Positions 13,958 through 25,400 of a stretch of 64,000 bases of DNA are shown one piece after another. Source of the stretch: Octopus bimaculoides (lineage: Eukaryota); NCBI RefSeq assembly GCF_001194135.2, contig NC_069000.1, positions 23,582,589-23,646,588 of the forward strand, given 5' to 3'. Under the pieces are notes generated by a model. That model did not search any database and had not been told where the DNA came from. It worked only from the letters and a program-made list of their open reading frames with translations. Position 1 is the stretch's first letter. Every line of letters begins with the position of its first letter. Both the position numbers and the translations under genes were made by a program.

Positions 13958-16900
13958 ATGTCCTTGTAACTTAGTCATTCAGCAAAAGAGACTGACAAAA
14001 TAAGTTCCAGGTTTAAAAAAGTACTGGGGTCGATTCATTCAACTAAAATTTTTGAAGGCAGCGCCCCAGCATGACTGCAGTCTAATGACTGAAACAAGTA
14101 AAAGAATAAAAGAACAACAGATATGATGTTATTATCACTGTGATACTGGTTCCCAGGCAAGTGTTTTTTCATGGTGGGGAGCAGATGATAGTCAGATGGG
14201 GCCAAATCAGAAGAAGAGGGAAGGCAATCAGCCAGTTCCAACACAATCACACACAGCAGCCATTGAAAGCAAGGACTTGTGTGCTGGAGCATTGTCCTGG
14301 TGAAACAAGACCCCTTTTGTCAGTTTTCCTGGGTGTTTGGTCCTAATAGGCTTTCATAACTGTCTCAGCAAGTTGGCTTAGTACTCTCTATTGATGGTGT
14401 GACCCTTTTCAAGATTGTCAGTAAAAACAATGCCTTTTGCATCCCAAAAAACTGAGGCCATCACCATCTCTGCAGGTGAAATGACCTTGGTCTTCTTTGG
14501 AGCAGGGGAGGAGAGGTGTTCTCATTGCATGGATTGCCTTTTGTCTCTGGCTCAAAGTGATGAAGCTAACACCCATCTTGGGTTAGGAAATGTTCAAAGA
14601 AACCAGTTGATCTGCCTCAAACAACTGCAGATTTTCCCATGATATGATTAGCCTGGTGCGCGTTTGATCAGGTATCAGAAGACATTGCATTCACTGAACA
14701 CTTTTGACATGCCAAATTCCTTGTGCAGTATATTATCAACTCTTATGGAATATGCTAATAGCATTGGCTATTTGATTTATCACCATGTGGTGAACATGAC
14801 CAATGTCTTCTTTGATGGTGGCAATTGCAGAATATCCAGACCTTGGGTTTTCTTCAAGACTCTCCCATCCCCTTTTAAATTCAGATGCCTATTTTTGCAC
14901 TGTTGATAAAGCTGGAGTGTCATCCCCTAATGTAGCGACCACAGCAGCATGAATGTCCTTGGGGACTAAACCCTTTTTCTGCAGGTACTTGATAACGTCA
15001 CAATGCCAAATTTTGTCCATTTGCAAGAGAAATCACTACTGGTTACTTTTGAAGTGTTCTTTGAACAGTCAGATACCAGTTTATCAACCCTTGAAATACC
15101 AGTTTATCGACCCTCGAAATAATGTGTATTTAAATACACACTATTATCATCATTACTTTTATTAGAGTTAATTTGACTCTTTCAAAAAGAAAAACATCTT
15201 TAAAAAATCCTTCCTAACCACATGATTCTAGGTTCAGTTCCACTGCATGGGCAAATGTCTTCTACAATAGCCTCAGGCCAACCAAAGCTATGTGAGTTGA
15301 TTTTGTAGACAGAAGCTGAAAAATAAGTAGTGGGGTCAATTTGTTCAACTAAAGACTTCAAGGCAATGTTCCAGCATGGCCACAGTCCAATGACTGAAAC
15401 AAGTAAAAGGTAAAGTATTAATTACAAACCATTTTGGAGATGTTGTTTAGACAACAGACTGTCAATCTGGGGTTGTGTTTGTTACTTAAAGCCTTCTGTC
15501 CATTTGAAGTATTCTTCCGGGACTCCAAGAGAGAAGTGTACACAGCAAGTACGCAGTCTGCTACTTCAGAATCAATGGAATTGATCATTTCTAGGACAAC
15601 ATCAGAAAACATTTCCATATATTTTGTTGCTATGGCATGAGTGTCTTCTGATAATGTTTTCTGTTGTAATACCTGTGACATGAAAGAATAGTTTAAGTTA
15701 ATTTTATTCACAGTAAAGTAGCTAGTGATAGGTTGGCATACCAAAAATGATATGAAACATATAACAACACAGTTGACCGACTTTTCTCTGTTGTGGTGTG
15801 TGCTATGACTGCAGTGAGTGGTGAGATGTATCCAATCCATGCCAGCATGGAAAAACAGTTACTACAATGATAATGATGATGAATATAGAGGTAAAATGAC
15901 TGAGAGGATAAATTATTAGTTTAGCAGTCTATAGTTTCTAGGTTCATATCTATCACATCTATCAAAGGAATTCATTTGTATGTACCTATTGGTCTTTCTC
16001 TCACTCTCATGTATATACACACATTTACATTATATGTATATATCATCATCATTTGACATCAATATCACTTCCTTTAACACACACTAGGTTTTGCTCAGGA
16101 TAAATATCCTTAATAAACCAAACTCACCATATCATTATCTGTTGTGTCCATACACATATGACACAATCAAGAAAATGGACAAGAGATCATTAAGAATTCA
16201 ATAATTGAGAGGTGTGTAAAATCTAATAGCTGAAGAATTTGCCTTTCATCTGTTAAAAAAAAAAAATGGTGTGTTTCACAGGCCAAAGGAATTTACTTGT
16301 CAAGAGCCCAAAAGACAACACAACTTTCCTCCTCTTATCCTCATTCCCAGGTGGAAAACAAGGAACATGGATCAAACTGTTAGATCAATGGTTCTCAAAC
16401 AGTCTGCTACAAGACATATAGCAGTGCACTGAATGAGTATCTAAGTATGCTGCAAAAGATATTGAGGTGTACTACAAGGACTATCTAAGAGCACTGCTTT
16501 TATAAGTATATACATCCTTAACAACAAATCCTCACAATCAATGAGTGTCTTTTACATTAATGTAAGGCCTGCCTTGTATTAATGCAGGAAACTATAATAT
16601 AAATGAACACAACCCATTTCTGTCAACAAATAAGGTTCCTATGTTAAGCTAAACCCCTATCTATGTCAATGTTTAACAAACTAAACCAAACAACCATCAA
16701 TAACATCCACATTTAGAACAGGCAATAAGGGAGCCTATGTCTTGCTTGAATTAATAGAATAACAGCTAAATCTCTCTTAAATCACAAGCTACCATCTTTA
16801 AAAAAAGGAGGGGCAGTGTACTCTGATGAATTATGTCTGAAAATAAACGATTATGATTTTAATACCTTTCATCAAAGATTTGCTTGATAGAGCTGACTTG

Positions 16901-19900
16901 GGTGCTAAACAACAGTTAACAGACATGCAACATGTATGTGATCTCTGGCTCTGCCTCTCTCTTTCTCTCTCCCTCTCACACACACACAAATAGTACACAT
17001 ACATGCATCGTAAATGATGACAATACAAAACCATCAGACCTTGCCAAGTTCCTCAATAAATTTGGATGCAAAAAGAAACTTGAGTGAGTACTTCTTTTGA
17101 ATATATTCCATGGAATGTGACCTTTTGGAAATCCGATCTTTAGCCTTCTGGAGATATTTGAATAACTGTTAAGAAAAAGAAGAAACATAAGCCTTTATAG
17201 GTTCTCCTGTTTATTGTCATTTGTTGAATTAGTACGGCATCAGACAACAGTGTAATATTAGTTATATTTATGTTTTAGGTTCAAATTCATTTGGGAACAA
17301 CTGTTCACTTAGTCATGTCAATTTCGTCAATGTCACCCACCTTCATAAAATATACTGAAGGGCAACACCTCTCTACCTTCACCTTCTTCAATTCTTCAAG
17401 TGATACTTGAAGTTGGTGAGAATACAGTCCAAGATGAAAAGTTCTACCCTTAAACCTTTCAACAATATTCAATGGCCTTCACCATAGCTACAAGACAGAG
17501 GAAGACAATTTATACTTCCTTGCTGAAAGAAGACAGTGAATCCATTGTAACAATAAACTTGTGTGATAACCAAGTTTATCTTGCACATAATGAGTGCTGC
17601 TCAAGATAAACCCACAAATCAGCAGTGCATGGACACTGAACACTTTCATTACCTTGCATGCACCTCAGACAACAATCATGCTTGTATGTATTCCACACAA
17701 GGAAAACCCACTTACTATAGCAGTCCCAGGCCAAGAACTTCTAGAAATTCTACACAATCCCTGACCTGAAACTTTTCCAGAAGAAATTACTTGGACAGTT
17801 CTCAATGATGCTATCATTCCTCATACCCTCCACTAACCCTTATTAGAATGCAAACATTGAGGTTTTCATCAGCTGCATTGTTCTCTTTTATAGTGCAGTG
17901 AATACGTGGTAACATTCCAAATGTTAAATGCTTGGCCTTACTTGGCATTTTGTATCTCAATCAAAAAAGTGAGCTACACAAAGACATGTTGCACAAACAG
18001 CGACCACATTTGTTCATCATCATTGTCCAGAAATTTCTCCAGATACGTCAGCCCCAGCATGTGCCTGGTTATTACCAGCCAAGGCATCCTAAGACACTTT
18101 TCGAGCAATTGTAGCAGTAGATGGATCTTCTAACCAGTGGAACTTGTCTCTTCAACAAGAACATGGATGCATGCATGGTTGTTTAAGAATTTATAGTCCC
18201 ACATTTGTTATACTGCATGACACTTTGGGCAAGTATCTTCTACAATAGCCTTTATGGTTGACCAATACTTCATGAGTGGAATTTGGAAGGTGAAAGCTGC
18301 ATAGGACCTGTTTTGTGCGTGTGTGCATGCCTGTTATCTGCTGACACTGTAGGTAGTACTTTTAATACACAACTCTAAGAAATCTGAAGTTCCTTAACGA
18401 TTTCAGATTGACTTAATTTTACACATCTCAGTTATTCTGCACATGTTTTTTTTTTCATGTTATCGGATGTTTAACATATTGCATTACACCACACCAAAAT
18501 GCTGTGCACTTTGTCCATTACATGTATTTGAAACTTGGAACAGGACAATTTGATCTGAGTCTTGTAAGTTTCATTATGATTGCATATAGATCTTTACATC
18601 TGTTTTTCTATGCCCACCTCAGTTAGATGCTTACATATTACATCAAGGTATTGTTTTTAGAGCCAGATGCCCTTCCTCTTGCTAACCCATACCTATCTTT
18701 CAAGTAATGGCTCTCTTATTCTACACATCTTTGAAAGTCTACAGCCAGCAAACAATTTGCTGACAGGGAAATGGTAACAAGCAAATAGCTCAGCACTTTT
18801 AGATGCAAAGCACACAGAATGTAGATGTAACCCTTTAAACACACACACACATGTATATATAATGGGCTTTGTATAGTTTCTGCAACAAAATTCACTCACA
18901 AAGCATTGGTCAGCCCAAGCCTATAGTAGTAAGCACTTGCCCAAGAGGTGCACTGCAATGGGAATGAACCCAAAGCCATGTGGTTACAAAGCAAACTTCC
19001 TAACACAGTCATGTCTGCACCAAAACATATAAATGCATATACACACATGCATGCATACATGTGTGTGTGAGAGCGCATCTATATATGTACATGTATTTCT
19101 GTATAGGGATTTACATCCTGCAGGCTTTGCATGAAGAAGCACCGAGCTACAATTTGTTGTCATTTCCCTATCAATAAATCATCCATTGGTTCTGTGCTAT
19201 CAAAGATGTGTGGAATAAGAGATCCATAACTTTGTGTGTGTGTGTGTGTCATTATTTTTCCATATATCAATCATCATCATCATCATCATCGTTTAACGTC
19301 CGCTTTCCATGCTAGCATGGGTTGGACGATTTGACTGAGGACTGGTGAAACCGGATGGCAACACCAGGCTCCAGTCTGATTTGGCAGAGTTTCTACAGCT
19401 GGATGCCCTTCCTAACGCCAACCACTCAGAGAGTGTAGTGGGTGCTTTTACGTGTCACCCGCACGAAAACGGCCACGCTCGAAATGGTGTCTTTTATGTG
19501 CCACCCGCACAAGCCAGTCCAGGGGCACTGGCAACGATCTCGCTCGAAAATCCTACAGGAGCCAGTCAGGCGGTACTGGCAACGGCCNNNNNNNNNNNNN
19601 NNNNNNNNNNNNNNNNNNNNNNNNNNNNNNNNNNNNNNNNNNNNNNNNNNNNNNNNNNNNNNNNNNNNNNNNNNNNNNNNNNNNNNNNNNNNNNNNNNNN
19701 NNNNNNNNNNNNNNNNNNNNNNNNNNNNNNNNNNNNNNNNNNNNNNNNNNNNNNNNNNNNNNNNNNNNNNNNNNNNNNNNNNNNNNNNNNNNNNNNNNNN
19801 NNNNNNNNNNNNNNNNNNNNNNNNNNNNNNNNNNNNNNNNNNNNNNNNNNNNNNNNNNNNNNNNNNNNNNNNNNNNNNNNNNNNNNNNNNNNNNNNNNNN

Positions 19901-21359
19901 NNNNNNNNNNNNNNNNNNNNNNNNNNNNNNNNNNNNNNNNNNNNNNNNNNNNNNNNNNNNNNNNNNNNNNNNNNNNNNNNNNNNNNNNNNNNNNNNNNNN
20001 NNNNNNNNNNNNNNNNNNNNNNNNNNNNNNNNNNNNNNNNNNNNNNNNNNNNNNNNNNNNNNNNNNNNNNNNNNNNNNNNNNNNNNNNNNNNNNNNNNNN
20101 NNNNNNNNNNNNNNNNNNNNNNNNNNNNNNNNNNNNNNNNNNNNNNNNNNNNNNNNNNNNNNNNNNNNNNNNNNNNNNNNNNNNNNNNNNNNNNNNNNNN
20201 NNNNNNNNNNNNNNNNNNNNNNNNNNNNNNNNNNNNNNNNNNNNNNNNNNNNNNNNNNNNNNNNNNNNNNNNNNNNNNNNNNNNNNNNNNNNNNNNNNNN
20301 NNNNNNNNNNNNNNNNNNNNNNNNNNNNNNNNNNNNNNNNNNNNNNNNNNNNNNNNNNNNNNNNNNNNNNNNNNNNNNNNNNNNNNNNNNNNNNNNNNNN
20401 NNNNNNNNNNNNNNNNNNNNNNNNNNCCCCCACTACTAACTTGGTCGCCCAGATAGCGGAAGCTATCGACTACCTCTAGTTTTTCACCCTGGAATGAGAT
20501 AGAAGTTGTTTCCTGTTTGTTTGCAGTCTTTATTGCACCTGAACATCTGCCACAAACAAAAACTAACTTGCTAGTTAACCTGCCTTTGATGTTGCTGCAC
20601 CTCTTATGTGTCCATAGCTTGCACCGGGTACATCTTATAGAGTTACTACCTACTCCTTTTCTACATACTGAGCAGGGCCATCTACCTGAAGGGGTTTGTG
20701 TTTTATCTACCTTCCTACTTATTAGGATTTTGGTTTTAGCTAGGTTGACTCTAAGGCCCTTCAGTTCTAGACCTTGCTTCCACACCTGAAACTTCTCCTC
20801 TAGTCAATGATGGATGTAAACATCATTGAAAAATTGTTCCTTCAAATGACACCTAGCAAATTACAGATGCTCCCTTGTCAATCTCTCCATCAGAAATACA
20901 GCGAAAGAGTGATTGGTCCTTTGGAAACTTGTAACCAATGATGTTAATGCTTGTAAATCGTGATATTAGATAAACAAATAACATGATGCAATGCCAGTGC
21001 TGCTTGACTGGCACCCGTGACAGTGGAACATAAGAAGCACCATTGAAGCGTGGCCAATGCCAGCGTCACCTAACTGGCACCTGTGAAAGTGGTACATAAA
21101 AAGCACGATTCGAACATGGCCAATGCCAGTGTCACCTGACTGGCTCCCATGCTGGTGGTACATGAAAAGCACCCACTACATTCTCAGAATGGTTAGCATT
21201 AGGAAGGGTATCCAGCTGTAGAAACCTTGCCAAATCAGATTGGAGCCTGGTGCAGCTTCCTGGCTTGTCAGTTCTCAGTCAAACCATCCAACCCAATGCC
21301 AGCATGGAAAGTGGACATTAAACGACAATGATGATGATGGAAAAGAAGACATTAATAAT

Positions 21360-21407
<48 letters not shown>

Positions 21408-22081
21408 AAGAGAGGCAATATCAATACCAAGAGGTAATATTTATTCCCACCTAAAATGTGGATGCTCCATTTGAACAAACTTTACTGTTGTAGATACCAT
21501 GAAAGAAGCTCTCATATAGGTTCTTGGTGCAAAATACACACTAGTTTTTATCATTGGTGGGGATTTATCTCCCCACTAGCAACAAGCATGCTTTTTACAC
21601 AACAAGTCTATGTGAGAGTTTCTCTCATGGTATCTACTGCAGTAAAGTTTGTTCTAAGACAACATCTAAGTTTAAGTGGGAATAAAGTGAGAGTAGAATC
21701 CTACAGATTTCTCCAACATCCAGGTCCATTTGACCAACTATTTTAGTACACAAGATTGCTTGATCAAACTGACCTGAGTCAGTTTTTGATCAAACGATAC
21801 ATCAGAGAAATAGATAAAGAGAAGTACAGTTATAAAACGCTAGGCTTACTTACCTTCATGATATAAGTCTCTAATATAGAACATAATGTAGAACCTTCAA
21901 ACATGGAAGATATGGAATACTCCAGAAGCCTGTAGTAACACATCAATAGAGTCTGTTGGCTGTTGGATTTCTGTTATGGTAGAAATCATACAAAGTTCAG
22001 CAGTAGCAATAATAATAATAATAATAATAACAAATACAATTTCTTTCTAAGACAAACAAATTAATGTTGTGAAGAAAATAT

Positions 22082-22125
<44 letters not shown>

Positions 22126-22383
22126 CTAGGTGCAGGCATGGCTGTGCAGTAAGAAGCTTGCTTCCCAACTACATGGTTCTGGTTTCAGTCCCACATGTGN
22201 NNNNNNNNNNNNNNNNNNNNNNNNNNNNNNNNNNNNNNNNNNNNNNNNNNNNNNNNNNNNNNNNNNNNNNNNNNNNNNNNNNNNNNNNNNNNNNNNNNNT
22301 ATATATATATATATGTATGTATATATATATATATATGTATGTATATATATACATATATATGTATGTATATATATATATGTATG

Positions 22384-22435
<52 letters not shown>

Positions 22436-22454
22436 CGTGTGTGCGTGTGTGAGC

Positions 22455-22488
<34 letters not shown>

Positions 22489-25400
22489 GTGCCTTTGAGT
22501 TTGTTCCCCCCACCCATCACCGCTTGACAACTGACGTTAGTGTTTACATCCCCGTGACTTAGTGGTTCGCCAAAAGAGACGAACAGAATATGTACTAGGC
22601 TTTAAAGAAATAAGTCCTGGGGCTGATTTGTTTGACTAAGATCCTTCAAGGTAGTGCTCCAGCATGGCCACAGTCAAATGACTAAAACAAGTAAATAAGA
22701 GAATACAGATTTAATCCTCCATTACATTAATGATACTTAGTTGATAACAATGACATCAAAATTATCATCATACACTATTAGGTGCAGACATGGTTCCAGG
22801 TTCAATCCCCCTTGGACAACTGTCTTCTGCTATGGGCCTGGGCCTACAAAAAGCTTGTGAGGAGATTTAGTAGATGGAAACTGAAAAAGGCCCATGGTGT
22901 GTGTGTGTGTGTTACTGTCTCTATTATGCAAGCAGAGTCCTTCATTCCCAATTGTTTGTGATAACATGTCTGGTCGTGGGGAAATATTACCTTACTTGGA
23001 AAAAAGGCGAGTGCTGATGACAGGAAGAGCATCAAGTTGTAGAAATGTGCCACAATTCCATCTGATTCATGCAAGCATGGGAAAGTGGACAGTAAAACAA
23101 TGACGATAATGATATTCAGAGAAGTCTACATCAAATAGTGCAATATGTAACTGGCTGCCCAGCAACTAGTCATGTGATTTAAGTTCTATCAGTGAGCTTT
23201 TTCCTCTCTTCCACTTCAGGCACATAAAAGCATCCACTACACTCTCGGAGTGGTTGGCGTCAGGAAGGGCATCCAGCTGTAGAAACTCTGCCAAATCAGA
23301 TTGGAGCCTGGTGTAGCCATCTGGTTTCACCAGTCCTCAGTCAAATCATCCAACCCATGCCAGCATGGAAAGCGGACGTTAAACGATGATGATGATGAAT
23401 GTGATTTATATTGAAATTTTAGTCATTAATTCCTAATATCAACATCATTCAATGTCTACTTTTCTATGCTTGCATGGTTCAGATGAAACTTACTGAGGCA
23501 GATTTTCTACAGCCGGATGCTATTCCTGCACTAATCATCACTTGTATCCAAGTAAGGTAATCTTTCCCCTTCTCCTTCAAACAATGAACAGCTCAATGCT
23601 AGACATGTTTTCCTGGAAGTGAAGTGGCTGTGTGATAAGAAACTTACTTCCTAACCACATGATTCCAGTTTAGTACCACTGTGTGGAACTTTGGGCAAGT
23701 GTCTTCTGCTATAGCCTCAGGCTAACCAAAACCTTGCAAATGGATTTGGTAGACAGAAACTGAAAGAAGTCTGCCACACGCATGTGTATGTGTGTGCCCC
23801 ACCTCCATGTGACAACCAATGTTGGTGTGTTTACATCCCCACAACTTCACAGTTTAGAAAAGAAACTGACAGAAGTATTAGGCTTAAAAAATAATAAGTA
23901 CTGGGGTTGATTCTTTTGATTAAAAATTCATGGCAGTGCCACAGTCGAATGACTGAAACAAGTAAAAGATAAAGACCAATGTCACTATTTGTATGACTGG
24001 TGACTTTATTTCCAATCAGCACACAAATGTCGAGACAAGGGGGAACTCCAACACACTCACACATGCAAACACAAACACATAAATATACTTATATGACAGT
24101 TTTCTTATAGTTTCTGCCGACCAATTTCACTTAAAAGCAATGGTCAGTCCACAACTATAGAAGAAAACATCAACAAAAAGTGCCCATGAAGTGAAAAACA
24201 CACTTTAAACCATATGGTTCAAAAGTAAAGTTCTTAGACACACAGCCACAAGTTATTAATTATCCTGTGTGCGTAAGTAAAAGCAGGGTATTGTCATCAC
24301 ACATCTTTGTTTGTCTGTGTGTTGGCAAAATTACTGGAAAACAGATGAACGGATTTTCACCAAATTTGGCAGAAATACTCATTGGGTGAGTGACTTGAAA
24401 TGATGAAAATTTGGTTTGATTATCTTCAAACATACATAAATACGCTATTGTGTGCATGTGTATGTGTGTACAGTGATGGATTCAAGGGTTTTGTTTATTT
24501 ACGAGTTGATCTCTTAATTTCACTGGAGCGTAAATACTTATAATGGGGATACGTAAAAAAAATTTTTTTTTTTTAATCGAACTTACAAATTTCTCGATAA
24601 GCAAGTGGTCATATATTTATGTCCTACAATGAACAACAGTACATTTGATTCACCTGCCATCATTGAATGATGTTGCTATGCAATATTTTCCATAAGTATT
24701 TCATTTTGTTCACTTTCTTTTTCATATGAATTGACCCTCCTTTGTGTGTATAGATCAAGGTGTACCTATGCATGTAGACATGTGTGGGTGCATACATACA
24801 TAAATAAATACATACATAGATATGTGACTGTGTGTATGTGTGTGTGTGCATGTACATGTGTGTACAGTGATGGATTCAAGGGTTTTGTTTATTTACAAGT
24901 TGATTCCTTAATTTCACTGTTCTTAGGCTTCTAATCCTCTTTTAGTCAAACACTTACAAAGCTTAATTCAGTTCAATTAAAAAGCATGGGTAAGCAAAAC
25001 AATTTATCTGCGCACAGGGTATGCATCACTCCTCTGATGCCTTTTTTTTTACATTGCAAATAGGTAACTGGTCTTATTTCTAACTATTGAAAAATAAACC
25101 AAAGCAAAAAGACAATAAGTCTCTTGCCTATCTTGTCTATCCATACCTGTTCTTGAATTTTGCTTAAGGAAGTTTCTAGAAAATTAAGTACAACTTCTGG
25201 TCTGAGATAGTTGTATATAGAAACATTCTCTGAAGACTTCATCAAAGTGCTTAGGCAGTCAGTGCAGTTGGTAAGCAGAGAAAGTTTTTGGTCATTTGGT
25301 ACTGTACTAACTAGGTTACTATCATCTGGACAGATGTCACTGACAGAACAGCATGAAATTACAAGATGCAAGCCAAATATGATCTGGATTTTCTCATTTC

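Noticed and set aside
17330-18660. Very decayed LINE-like stretches (also 31270-31430, 33110-33560, 48950-49420)
   Set aside because: Only faint motif hints; family and boundaries cannot be supported.
19345-20479. Long ORFs of 330-410 aa (also 27362-28108, 44056-44875, 22126-22562)
   Set aside because: They are open only because they run through N-gaps or microsatellites.
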